A stretch of 64,000 nt of DNA. Origin: an uncultured Bdellovibrio sp. (GTDB lineage: Bacteria; Bdellovibrionota; Bdellovibrionia; Bdellovibrionales; Bdellovibrionaceae). The notes under the pieces were generated by a model that was not told where the DNA came from, did no database searches, and worked only from the letters and a program-made list of their open reading frames with translations. Below are positions 28,556-38,224 of the stretch, piece after piece. The stretch spans positions 64,001 through 128,000 of the forward strand of contig CAWVRN010000001.1 in the NCBI GenBank assembly GCA_963932905.1, given 5' to 3'. The position numbers were made by a program, and so were the translations under genes. Position 1 is the first letter of the stretch; every line of letters starts with the position of its first letter.

Positions 28556-29953
28556 TTACGTAAGCGGTGCGTCCGGAAAAGTAGCCTGGCACCTATTATG
28601 CGCCAAGTACAAATCGGCTACCAGTTCTTCAAATTTTTTCAGTTCTTCATTTTTGTTTTGTGCACGCAATATCGCTGCCGGATGCCAAGACGTCAGAATA
28701 ACCGCAGCAAATGGGCTTTCTCTATGTATTTGTCCCCGTTCTTTTTGAATATTCACAAGCCGCCCATACAACGCAGTACCCGCCGTCATTCCCAAAGCTA
28801 GAATCACCTTTGGTTTGACTCTAGCAATCTCGGCTTCTAACCAAGGTTTGCAAGCTTGCATTTCTCGGCCATTGGCTTTTTTGTGAAGACGTTCTTTATC
28901 TTGAGGCTCCCACTTGAAATGTTTTACCGCATTTGTCAGGTAAATAGATTCACGCGAAATTCCTGCTTTCTCTAAAGCTTCAGACAAAACTTCTCCGGCA
29001 GGGCCGACAAATATTTTTCCCGATCTATCTTCCTCGTCACCCGGCTGTTCGCCCACAATCATCAATTCTGCTTGTAAATTTCCTTCGCCAAATACAGTTT
29101 GTGTTGCATGTCCCGCAATCGGACAAGCCGCGCAGGATTTTGCTTTCTCACGAAGTTCGCTCCAGCTGGCATTTTCCGGAACTTCGGCTAAATATCTTGG
29201 AACCGCTGCCATGTTTTGTAAACGCTTGGGCGTTTCGCGAATCAGTTGTTGTATCACCGCTGTCTCTGGCATACTGGCCCAATACTTCACCGGCATTTCG
29301 GTCTTCATCATTTTAACTTTTAATCGAGCAGGATTGAAAATCGATTTATAGTAAGTTGTCCATAATTCATCAAACGAATCCGTATGCTCAAACTCGTTTT
29401 GCAGAATTCCTTTTGAAAAGCTGAGCTCTTTTAAATCCCAGTGTGCCGATAGATCAGGAGTAAAAATCGACCAAGGTCTATCACCGAATCGTCGCACAAA
29501 GAATGGCGCCGCCAATTCTAAACAACGATGTTCGGGGTTGTGCCACGCCACGTAGGTTTCCTGGCCATCGACTTCTTTTTTCTTGAAGCGAACAAACGCA
29601 TGCATTTTATGAATATCGCGACTGACGGATTTGGCCCACACGTCGGCTTTACGAACATCATCATTCACAGAAACTTTTAGAAGGTTTTTGTTTTCATGAT
29701 TCATTCGATAAATCAATCGGTACAATAATGACCAGCGATCGGCATCGCGAACGCACGCTACGTATTGCGCGAGTTCCAAGAATTCACTCGTCACTACCGG
29801 TCGAGTCAACGGCTTGGCGGCAAAATCCTGTTCCATAAACAGGCTCGGACTTTGCGCCCAGTCTGCCTTTTCTGGCGCGACCCCTTGCTGCAACAGGAGC
29901 CGCGCCCGGCTTCGCCAATCATCAAATTTAATCTCTTCGCCAATTGAGTTCAA
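28556..29953 (-). CDS. DUF4130 (TIGR03915-type) domain fused to a UdgX-type family-4 uracil-DNA binding domain
   Basis: N-half HKMHAFVRF...FNPARLK..M..EMP.KYW; C-half CxxC, GEQPG, TNAVKHFK..KERLH, ACKPWL, WHP. Confidence 0.9.
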   Translation of the reverse strand: MNSIGEEIKFDDWRSRARLLLQQGVAPEKADWAQSPSLFMEQDFAAKPLTRPVVTSEFLELAQYVACVRDADRWSLLYRLIYRMNHENKNLLKVSVNDDVRKADVWAKSVSRDIHKMHAFVRFKKKEVDGQETYVAWHNPEHRCLELAAPFFVRRFGDRPWSIFTPDLSAHWDLKELSFSKGILQNEFEHTDSFDELWTTYYKSIFNPARLKVKMMKTEMPVKYWASMPETAVIQQLIRETPKRLQNMAAVPRYLAEVPENASWSELREKAKSCAACPIAGHATQTVFGEGNLQAELMIVGEQPGDEEDRSGKIFVGPAGEVLSEALEKAGISRESIYLTNAVKHFKWEPQDKERLHKKANGREMQACKPWLEAEIARVKPKVILALGMTAGTALYGRLVNIQKERGQIHRESPFAAVILTSWHPAAILRAQNKNEELKKFEELVADLYLAHNRCQATFPDAPLT

Positions 29954-31224
29954 ATTTCACCCGTCAACGCAGTTGCAGCCACATCAAACAGGGACAGCTG
30001 AATTTCTGGGGGTTTCAGTCTGTCTTTCAGATTTTGAACATCGATCAAAAAGGCATCTGGATTATGATCTGACGTTGTAACGAAGTATTTTGTTTTAGCT
30101 AATGAAACTCTAATTTTTGACAAATCTAAAAGTGTTATCTTTCGATAGGGTCGCATTTGAATAATGCGCTCAACATTTCGAACGCCTAGTCCCGGGACGC
30201 GCAGCAATTCTTCCCGAGTCGCTGCGTTCACATCCACCGGAAAGAAACTGCGATTCTTCAGCGCCCACGAAGTTTTTGGATCTATATCCAAAGCCAAATT
30301 TGATTCTTCCACCGTCGTTAATTCCGCCGCTTTGAAATCATAGAATCGGATCAGCCAATCTGCCTGGTATAGTCGATTCTCACGAACCAAAGATGGTTGC
30401 TGCGACGGCAACAACACATCTGCATCGGGAATGGGACTATAAGCGGAATAGTATACTCGCCTTAAAGAATAACGCTGATACATTTTTTCCGATGCGTTTA
30501 AAATCAACGCATCCGAACTTTGGGTCGCTCCGACTATCATCTGCGTCGTTTGCCCAGCCGGAGCAAATTTGGGAACAAATCGTGTTTTCCTTTTCTGTTC
30601 TTCTTTTGTTTCAGAAACTTTTTCTGAAATCTGATTCATTGATGTTGTTGCTGCCGAAATTGTTTTTGCAGGTGCTAAAACATTTAGATCCGCCTGCGTT
30701 GGCATTTCTACATTGGCACTGACCCTATCGGCCCACAAACCAGCTTCTAAAATTAATTCTTTTGAAGAGCCCGCGACTACTTTTAAATGAATGTATCCAT
30801 TAAATTTATGATCTTGCCTTAAGCTGCGCGCGACTTGAATCAACATTTCCATCGTGGCATCCGAACTGTTGATAATTCCAGAGCTTAAAAACAAACCTTC
30901 GATGTAATTTCGGCGGTAAAATTCCAAAGTTAAATTGACGATTTCTTCCGGAGTAAAACGAGCGCGCTTAACTTCGCTGGTGACCCGGTTCACACAGTAT
31001 TTGCAGTCATAGATGCAAAAGTTGGTCATTAGGATTTTAAGAAGACTGATGCAACGACCATCAGGTGCATAGCTATGGCAAATACCCATTCCTTCGACAT
31101 TACCCATTCCATTTTTATCACGTTTTCGTTCGGATCCACTGCTGGAGCACGAAGCATCGTATTTTGCCGCATCGGCCAGAATCGCTAGCCTTGATTTGAT
31201 AGAGTCCCAATCCATAGTCTTCAT
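29950..31224 (-). CDS. Putative DNA modification/repair radical SAM protein (TIGR03916-type)
   Basis: ILADAAKYDASC, GICHSYAPDGRC, CIYDCKYC, RLYQADWL, C-terminal HhH LLRVPGLG. Confidence 0.93.
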   Translation of the reverse strand: MKTMDWDSIKSRLAILADAAKYDASCSSSGSERKRDKNGMGNVEGMGICHSYAPDGRCISLLKILMTNFCIYDCKYCVNRVTSEVKRARFTPEEIVNLTLEFYRRNYIEGLFLSSGIINSSDATMEMLIQVARSLRQDHKFNGYIHLKVVAGSSKELILEAGLWADRVSANVEMPTQADLNVLAPAKTISAATTSMNQISEKVSETKEEQKRKTRFVPKFAPAGQTTQMIVGATQSSDALILNASEKMYQRYSLRRVYYSAYSPIPDADVLLPSQQPSLVRENRLYQADWLIRFYDFKAAELTTVEESNLALDIDPKTSWALKNRSFFPVDVNAATREELLRVPGLGVRNVERIIQMRPYRKITLLDLSKIRVSLAKTKYFVTTSDHNPDAFLIDVQNLKDRLKPPEIQLSLFDVAATALTGEI

Positions 31225-31238
31225 AATTTACATATAAC

Positions 31239-31250
31239 TTACATATGTAA
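31239..31250. promoter_or_regulatory. Perfect 12-bp palindrome, candidate operator
   Basis: TTACATATGTAA directly upstream of the radical SAM gene, preceded by a partial copy TTACATAT. Confidence 0.5.
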
Positions 31251-31326
31251 CTTGAACAACTAGGAAATGAATATCTGGTCCTCAAACCTAGTATATGGCA
31301 TATTCGCCGGTTATCGGCGGATAATT

Positions 31327-32502
31327 ATGTATAAAGTGGGCGATCAGTTTCAAATAACAATAGAGAAAATGGCGAATCGAGGAAAAGGTCTAGGTCGCAT
31401 CAACGATCAGGTTGTCTTTGTTCCTTATTCGGCTCCGCAAGACATATTAACTGTCAAAGCTACTAAAGTAAGTAAGAACTTTATCGATGCGGAAATCATT
31501 GAAATAGTTAAGCCTAGCGATCTGCGTATAGTTCCGGCCTGCGAGTATTTCTCTGTTTGTGGTGGCTGTCATTTTCAACACTTGGCCTACTCAACGCAAG
31601 TTTCGATCAAAGATCAATTGGTGAAAGAAACCTTACAAAGAGCCCTTGGTCAAATAGATGAATCTGTTTTTCAATCACCTATTGCTTCACCTCAAGAATG
31701 GCATTATCGCAACCGAATCCAAATTCATATTGAAAACAATGATTTTGGTTTTATTAAAAGAAATTCAAATACAGTAGTTCCCATAAAAAACTGCAAAATC
31801 GCAGAACCAGCTCTGAACAAGGCTTTGACGGATTTAAAAAATTCCAATTCAGTTAAAGGCGCAGAAAAAATCGAATTACTGATTGATAAAAATTTGCAGG
31901 TTCACCAACGCGATCTAAATTCGCAAGGTCAGCCGGTTTTGTTTTCTCAAGTTAATCGTTTTGCAAACCAATTGTTGGTGGATTCCGTAGTTGATAAAAT
32001 CGCTCGCTTTCAACCCAAATCGAAAGTCTATGATTTCTATTCGGGAGATGGGAATTTCCTGTCAGCAATATCTAAAAAATTGCCAAAAAATGAAGTCATC
32101 GGTGTCGAGTTAAATCCCGGCTTGGTGCGCCTAGGACGTAAGGAAATTGCCGATCAAAAATTAAATGCTCATTATGTTCAATCGACCGTGGAAAACTACT
32201 TAGAAACTGTGTCAATCAGCGCTGGGGATACTATTCTTTTAGACCCACCACGTACAGGCTGCGATCCAAAAGCGATGTATGTCATTGGATCTGCTGTCAG
32301 AAACAAAGTCGTTTATGTCAGCTGCGAGCCGACAACCCTAGCCAGAGATCTACGTTTGCTTAAAGAAACCGGCCGAAAATGGGGCCTCTCTTTTCGTCTA
32401 GAAACAGTCCAAACTCTGGATATGTTCCCTCAGACCGAACATGTTGAAACTGTGGTGGAATTCTCGATCGATAAGATTGACACCCTTTCGACAACCCACT
32501 AA
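31327..32502 (+). CDS. TRAM-domain RNA m5U methyltransferase (RlmD/TrmA family)
   Basis: TRAM N-terminus; C....CGGC Fe-S motif; YRNR; LDPPRTG; YVSC; DMFPQTEHVE. Confidence 0.9.
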   Translation: MYKVGDQFQITIEKMANRGKGLGRINDQVVFVPYSAPQDILTVKATKVSKNFIDAEIIEIVKPSDLRIVPACEYFSVCGGCHFQHLAYSTQVSIKDQLVKETLQRALGQIDESVFQSPIASPQEWHYRNRIQIHIENNDFGFIKRNSNTVVPIKNCKIAEPALNKALTDLKNSNSVKGAEKIELLIDKNLQVHQRDLNSQGQPVLFSQVNRFANQLLVDSVVDKIARFQPKSKVYDFYSGDGNFLSAISKKLPKNEVIGVELNPGLVRLGRKEIADQKLNAHYVQSTVENYLETVSISAGDTILLDPPRTGCDPKAMYVIGSAVRNKVVYVSCEPTTLARDLRLLKETGRKWGLSFRLETVQTLDMFPQTEHVETVVEFSIDKIDTLSTTH

Positions 32503-32505
32503 CTT
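32477..32505 (+). promoter_or_regulatory. Candidate sigma70 promoter of tgl-rodZ
   Basis: TTGACA-17bp-TAACTT; ATG 7 nt downstream. Confidence 0.6.
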
Positions 32506-32512
32506 TAAATGG

Positions 32513-33268
32513 ATGCTATTAAAGTGTACATGGCCCATTCTTATGGTGATTTTTTTCCTTGGTGGTTGCGTTTCTATGCGTGCGAACCAGGAAAAAGCTG
32601 TACTTTTACAAGCTAACGGACAGTCACTTTACGAAAATCAAAATTATTCATTAGCACTAAAGGAATTTCTAGCTGCCGAAAGCAACGATCCCGAAAATGC
32701 TTCGATTCAAAATAACTTGGGATTGACGTACTTCATGAAAGAACGCTACCAAACTTCGATCAAGCATTTTGAAAAAGCAGTTCAATTAGATCCAAAGTTC
32801 ACAGACGCCAGAAATAACTTAGGCCGAACCTACACAGAAGTAGGTCGTTATCATGATGCTGAAAAAGCTCTAACGATTGTATTGAACGATCTAACTTATC
32901 CGGCGCAAGAGCGTGCATACATCAACATGGGTTTGAATTATTTCAATCAAAAGAAATTTGCTCAAGCGAAAAATAATTTTGCAAAAGCCATTGATGTGCA
33001 ACCAGATAATTGTTTTGCACACACTTATTACGGTCGATCATTTTTTGAATTACAAAACTACAGCGCCTCTATCGAAGCATTAGATAAAGCCATCGAGTTC
33101 TGCCAAAAACTTCTTATCGATGAGCCTCATTATTATAGTGCACTTTCGTACTATCGCTTAGGCGAAAAACAAAAATCAATAACTCGCTTTGAAGAAGTTA
33201 TTAAGCTCTACCCTAATGGAAAATACGCCGATAAATCCAAGGGTATGTTAAATATTATAAAAAGGTAA
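32513..33268 (+). CDS. TPR lipoprotein, PilF/PilW/Tgl pilotin-like
   Basis: Lipobox LGGC; TPRs; DARNNLG, LTYP; upstream of rodZ. Confidence 0.8.
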   Translation: MLLKCTWPILMVIFFLGGCVSMRANQEKAVLLQANGQSLYENQNYSLALKEFLAAESNDPENASIQNNLGLTYFMKERYQTSIKHFEKAVQLDPKFTDARNNLGRTYTEVGRYHDAEKALTIVLNDLTYPAQERAYINMGLNYFNQKKFAQAKNNFAKAIDVQPDNCFAHTYYGRSFFELQNYSASIEALDKAIEFCQKLLIDEPHYYSALSYYRLGEKQKSITRFEEVIKLYPNGKYADKSKGMLNIIKR

Positions 33269-33273
33269 TCTCG

Positions 33274-34518
33274 ATGAAGAAGACTGGGGAATTTTTAAGA
33301 AAAGCACGGGAAGATAAAGGTCTATCCATTCATGAAATTGGACTGTCTTTAAAAATTAATCCAAAAATCCTCAAGCAAATAGAAGAAGGTGACAAAGATA
33401 ATTTGCCAGCCAAAACCTTCCTTCGTGGATTCGTTCAGTCTTACGCTTTATTTTTAAAAGTTGATCCCAATGAAGTGCTAAGAATTTTTTCTGACGAAAT
33501 GGGAACTACGAAGCCGAACCAAATCAGTTTGACATCAGGCCCACAAATTCGTGGTGCTGGTCTTGAAATTGAAGATCCTGAAAACAAAGACGATTTAGGC
33601 ATCAAACGTCACACTGGACAAAACTTCACTAAAGAAAAATTTGAATTTAAAAATATCGGTATTGGCATCGTTGTTTTTGTTCTGTTGTTAAGTTTAATTG
33701 CGGTTAGAAAAGTTGTTGAGAAATATCAGAAAGAAGCCGAAGTCGATGTGGCTAAGACAGAAGAAAACTTAAAAACAAACAATAAAATTGAATTACCTCA
33801 GCCGCCGCCTCCGGTGACTCTTCCTCCGACAACGGAAGTTAAGCCAAATACCGCCGACACAACTCTTCCTGCCGATGTAAAAGCACCACAGCCTACGTTA
33901 CCAACAACTCCTGCTAACACCACGGCAACAACAGCAACGACGGCTCCCACAAAACCAACTAGCAATCCACCACCGCAAACACCAAATGCAGTTTCAACAA
34001 ACCCAACAGATCCAACCGGCCCTAATACAGCCAGCCCAAGTCACAACTCCGGCATTCAAAATAAGCCGACTCAAATAGCTCCGCCGCCGACGACAACTAC
34101 AACAGCAGTGCCACCGGCAGCTAAGCCGCCTGTGACTGCACCGGTTGCTACAAACACAAACAAACCAGTTGTGACTACAACTCCAACGGCTGCCGCGACC
34201 ACGACACCTCCTGCAGCAACGGCAGCGACGAAACCAGCTACTGCTGACCCTACAGCTGCCGCGACACCCCCGCCGCCGCCAAAACCAAAAAATATCGAGT
34301 TAGTTATCGAGGCATTTGAAACTGTTGAAATCGAAATGACTCAATCGACTGGCAAAGTTGAACGAATTAAAATGTCCCCAAGCCAAATCCAAACATTCAA
34401 AACAGTTTCTGGTGTGAAATTGAATATCAGTAATGGTGGTGCCGTAAATCTAATGGTAAATGGCAAAGATTTAGGTGTACCTGGCGATTTAGGGAAACCG
34501 AAACGAGTCTCGTTTTAG
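33274..34518 (+). CDS. rodZ: RodZ-family protein with a long Pro/Thr linker
   Basis: GEFLRKARE HTH, FLRGFVQSYA, one TM, C-terminal ISNGGAVNLMVNGK..G..G. Confidence 0.85.
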   Translation: MKKTGEFLRKAREDKGLSIHEIGLSLKINPKILKQIEEGDKDNLPAKTFLRGFVQSYALFLKVDPNEVLRIFSDEMGTTKPNQISLTSGPQIRGAGLEIEDPENKDDLGIKRHTGQNFTKEKFEFKNIGIGIVVFVLLLSLIAVRKVVEKYQKEAEVDVAKTEENLKTNNKIELPQPPPPVTLPPTTEVKPNTADTTLPADVKAPQPTLPTTPANTTATTATTAPTKPTSNPPPQTPNAVSTNPTDPTGPNTASPSHNSGIQNKPTQIAPPPTTTTTAVPPAAKPPVTAPVATNTNKPVVTTTPTAAATTTPPAATAATKPATADPTAAATPPPPPKPKNIELVIEAFETVEIEMTQSTGKVERIKMSPSQIQTFKTVSGVKLNISNGGAVNLMVNGKDLGVPGDLGKPKRVSF

Positions 34519-35831
34519 TGAGTTTTTTCTATCAGATTTTTTGGCTTTCTTTACTAGTAAAATTAGTAATAGCCTATTTTCTACCGCTATTACCCGATGA
34601 AGCCTACTACTGGCTTTGGTCAAATCATTTACAATTAAGTTACTACGATCATCCCCCAATGATAGCGTGGCTTTTTCGACTAGGGCATTTTCTAGAACCT
34701 TACGGACACGCCATTAGATATCCTTCAGTTATTTTGTTTCATTTCTCGTTAATCATTTGGAAAGAAATATTTAACGAACTAAAAATCCCTACGGATTCTC
34801 TTAACAAATTTCTATTATTTATATTGCTAGTGCCCTATCTTGGATTCGGGTCCATTATTCTTACCCCAGATTTGCCTCTGATGTTTTTTTGGCCGCTCAG
34901 TTTATATTTTTTCATTCGTTTAACCCAAGAAACCAAATGGTCGAATTACGCGTGGCTTGGAATGAGCTTAGGACTTGGCTTCCTGTCTAAGTATCATATT
35001 GTTTTATTTTTATTATGCGCCGTAATCTATTTAAGCTGTGAAAAAAAGTGGAACGTGCTTCGCTGGAAATACATTGGCTTTACGTTTATATTCGGATTGC
35101 TCTTCTCCCTGCCTGTTATTATTTGGAACGTGAACAATAATTTTCAGTCGTTCGCTTTTCAGCTACAGCACGGGTTAAAATCTGATCGCTGGAAATGGGT
35201 ATGGCCGTTGGAATATGTAGTCGGCCAGTTTTTTATGTTGATTCCACCGCTAACTTTTTATTTTTTCAAAAACCGAAGGGTAGAAAACCTAAAACCGCTG
35301 TATTATTTCACAATTGGAGTACTTGGTTTTTTCCTACTGACAAGTTTTAGATCGTCCGTAGAGATGAATTGGACATTGATGGCGTTTCCAACTTTTTTTG
35401 CTTTGGTCGCATCCGTAAATATACCTAAGCGAACGTTTACAATCATCACGGTAATTTTAGCGACATTAAATATTGCCCTGATCGGATCTATGTTCTCTGG
35501 TTACTACGCTCACGGAAAAATTTTTGAACCGTTTTTCTTTGAAAGCCAAAAAGAAAAAGTAGAAAAATTTAAACCGCTCTACGGCATCAATTATCAGATC
35601 TCTTCGTCACTATGGTATTTTTCAAAAACTCCTGTTTATAAAATTGAAGACGCCAGTCGTTTTGATTTTTTTGATACATTGAGAACAGATCACCCTGTCG
35701 AAAAAACTATTTACGTATTTAAAGAAAAGACAAACGAATATCCGGATTGGGTCTACAAGTTAAAACCAAAAATGGAAATTGTAGATCAGATGGATCGCGG
35801 TTATGTTATTGAGAAGCTGGAGTTTGAATGA
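34518..35831 (+). CDS. ArnT/PMT-like (GT-C) membrane glycosyltransferase
   Basis: PDEAYYWLWS, YYDHPP, TPD, GLGFLSKY; many TMs. Confidence 0.88.
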   Translation: MSFFYQIFWLSLLVKLVIAYFLPLLPDEAYYWLWSNHLQLSYYDHPPMIAWLFRLGHFLEPYGHAIRYPSVILFHFSLIIWKEIFNELKIPTDSLNKFLLFILLVPYLGFGSIILTPDLPLMFFWPLSLYFFIRLTQETKWSNYAWLGMSLGLGFLSKYHIVLFLLCAVIYLSCEKKWNVLRWKYIGFTFIFGLLFSLPVIIWNVNNNFQSFAFQLQHGLKSDRWKWVWPLEYVVGQFFMLIPPLTFYFFKNRRVENLKPLYYFTIGVLGFFLLTSFRSSVEMNWTLMAFPTFFALVASVNIPKRTFTIITVILATLNIALIGSMFSGYYAHGKIFEPFFFESQKEKVEKFKPLYGINYQISSSLWYFSKTPVYKIEDASRFDFFDTLRTDHPVEKTIYVFKEKTNEYPDWVYKLKPKMEIVDQMDRGYVIEKLEFE

Positions 35832-37030
35832 AGGTTTTTGGCTTCCTAACATTCTTAATAATGACCTATTTCGTTTACGGGTTCTATATTTCTCAAAACG
35901 ATTTGAAAATTGTAAATCCGACACTTAAGAAAATCGCAGAATCTAGTTATTATGATTACAAAGGCGTGCTTAACGTCCATTCTGATTTAAGTATCGGTTC
36001 AAGCCCCATCAATCAAATTATCAAATCGGCTAAAAATGCTAAACTGGATTTCATGATCTTGACCGATCTGAATGAATTCTCGGAAAAAAATCTTGTTGAA
36101 GGCTATTTCGATGAAACACTCATTATGAGTGGTAGCAAGATTAGTTATTTAGATTCACGATTCATGGTCGTTCCCTTTCAAAAGCAAACATTAGGTCGTA
36201 ATTTGGGTGAAGCCCAGGTTAAGCTGGCAGATTTACTATCTCAGGAAACTAGTAATGATTTTCTAATCATCCTTGCCCACCCATTTAAATCCGGATTCTC
36301 TTGGTCAGGTCCCCTGCCGCAGGGTCTTGATGGGATTGAGCTGATCAATTTAAAAAGTTTGTCTCAACGTGCATTTGATCTTTCGAAGTTGTCGCCCCTA
36401 TGGAGTCTGTTTGTTTATCCCTTCAATGCAACGTTGTCTTTCGTTCGTTTATTCAACGAGCCTTCTGAAGAATTGACTTTGCTTGATAGTTCACACGAAT
36501 ACGGCAAGTACTATGGATTTTCCGGCGCCGAAGCTTCGGCCCGCGCGATTCCCATAGCTAATTTTTTGATTAAGTTTCCGTCGTATCAAAAAACGTTCGA
36601 AATGTTTTCCAATCATGTTCTTTTAAAGTCGGAACTGACGGGAAATGTAAAAAGCGACAAAACGAAAATTCTGTCGGCTCTAAAGGCTGGAAATTTTTAT
36701 TTGGCATTTGATATGCTTGGCGATCCAAAGGGATTTTCTTGTGTTCTAGAAGACCGGTCAAAATCTTTCCTGATCGGTTCGAAAGTCAAATTAACTAAAA
36801 ATATGAAGATGAAAATTCGACTACCGCAAACACCAAACTATTTTTTCGAAACGGTGGTGTATCGCAACGGAAGTCGATTTAAAACGGTGAATGAAAGCGA
36901 AGCTGAAATCGAAATAAATCAACCTGGTGTTTACCGAGTTCAGGTCCGCGTGAGCCCCTATTTCCCGTTGCCAGACGCCACTAAATGGATTACTTGGATT
37001 TATACGAATCCATTCTATGTTCAGAACTAA
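35828..37030 (+). CDS. Membrane-anchored PHP-like protein with degenerate metal ligands
   Basis: YKGVLNVHS, LDFMILTD, ILAHP, GIELIN, WIYTNP. Confidence 0.7.
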   Translation: MKVFGFLTFLIMTYFVYGFYISQNDLKIVNPTLKKIAESSYYDYKGVLNVHSDLSIGSSPINQIIKSAKNAKLDFMILTDLNEFSEKNLVEGYFDETLIMSGSKISYLDSRFMVVPFQKQTLGRNLGEAQVKLADLLSQETSNDFLIILAHPFKSGFSWSGPLPQGLDGIELINLKSLSQRAFDLSKLSPLWSLFVYPFNATLSFVRLFNEPSEELTLLDSSHEYGKYYGFSGAEASARAIPIANFLIKFPSYQKTFEMFSNHVLLKSELTGNVKSDKTKILSALKAGNFYLAFDMLGDPKGFSCVLEDRSKSFLIGSKVKLTKNMKMKIRLPQTPNYFFETVVYRNGSRFKTVNESEAEIEINQPGVYRVQVRVSPYFPLPDATKWITWIYTNPFYVQN

Positions 37031-37044
37031 AACGGGAGCTTGTA

Positions 37045-37662
37045 ATGAAATTTATCGCATTTGACTTAGAAACTACTGGCACAGTACCCGGCGCTGATTC
37101 TATCGTTGAAATCGGGGCCGTTCGTTTTGATAATTTTCAAGTAGAAGCCATCTATTCTACATTAGTGAACCCCAAAAAACCGATTCCGGCAGCAGCATCT
37201 CGCGTAAATGGTATTTCGGATGCTATGGTTGCTAACAGCCCACTTATTGAAGATTTACTGCCATCATTCGCCGAGTTCTGCGAAGATCTGCCAATGGTTG
37301 CCCACAATGCATCTTTCGACGCTCAGTTCTTAACAAGCGATATTAAGAAATTTGAAACAACTGCCCCACGAGGCGTAATTCTTGATACTCTTCCGATCGC
37401 CAGAAAAATTCTTCCTGGTTTAGCCAACTACAAATTGGGAACGTTAGTGCAACATTTGAAAATCCCAAGCTCAGAATTCCACAGAGCCGAAGCCGATGCT
37501 ACGTATTGCGGTAAATTATTTATCGAATTGTTAAGCAGAATCACTTCAGGTGGACAAGCTCCACGCGTTGAAAATTTAGTAGCCTTAACAGGACGACCAG
37601 AAGCTCGCTTCCCGCAGATCATTCGCCAACCAAAACAACTGGACTGGTTAGCTGATCTTTAG
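37045..37662 (+). CDS. DEDDh 3'-5' exonuclease (DnaQ-like)
   Basis: FDLETTG, VAHNASFD, LDTL, HRAEADA; RBS GGGAG. Confidence 0.92.
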   Translation: MKFIAFDLETTGTVPGADSIVEIGAVRFDNFQVEAIYSTLVNPKKPIPAAASRVNGISDAMVANSPLIEDLLPSFAEFCEDLPMVAHNASFDAQFLTSDIKKFETTAPRGVILDTLPIARKILPGLANYKLGTLVQHLKIPSSEFHRAEADATYCGKLFIELLSRITSGGQAPRVENLVALTGRPEARFPQIIRQPKQLDWLADL

Positions 37663-37726
37663 AAAATAAAACATTCTGATTGTCTTAGCCGTGGATATTT
37701 AAAACTGCGGCTATCAATTAAGTTCG

Positions 37727-38134
37727 TTAGATTGTAACGTGAGAATCGATCGCTAACTTTTTACGACCAGAGAATCCTTCATTGTATCCATGAAAGAACG
37801 TGATTTGGCTTTCTGGGTATTTCCAACAGAAATAACCGCCACCGTTATCGAAATCACATAACCATAAGCCTTTTGGACGAAGACCTAATTTTTCAATTTT
37901 AGTCTGCCAAAGTTCGATGTATTTGTTTACTTGTTCTTCCAGTTCTTGGGCCTTCTGATTTTTTTTGTCAGGAAAAGCTTCCAATTGATTGATCAACTTT
38001 TTTACTTGGCGACTTGATTCCTCCGTCAGTTTAATAACCAGCGGAAGAAGCTCATTTGCCTCTTCTAAAGTGAACAATTTTTTCTTGTTGATTGCGAAAA
38101 CTGTAGACACAAAATTCTTATGTCCGAGTACCAT
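37727..38134 (-). CDS. DUF2203-family protein
   Basis: FTLEEANELLP...GLWLCDF...FCWKYPE...FFH...GFSGR. Confidence 0.8.
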   Translation of the reverse strand: MVLGHKNFVSTVFAINKKKLFTLEEANELLPLVIKLTEESSRQVKKLINQLEAFPDKKNQKAQELEEQVNKYIELWQTKIEKLGLRPKGLWLCDFDNGGGYFCWKYPESQITFFHGYNEGFSGRKKLAIDSHVTI

Positions 38135-38224
38135 TTTTGTTTCAAGGAAATAAGTAGAGTAAATTCTTAATTTGTAGATTTTTTAAAGTGGACACTCAGC
38201 GTTGCCCTGAAAATAAGCATGGAA

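Noticed and set aside
33790..34290. Repetitive ACA/CCG-rich DNA
   Set aside because: Encodes the Pro/Thr/Ala linker of RodZ; not a repeat array or CRISPR
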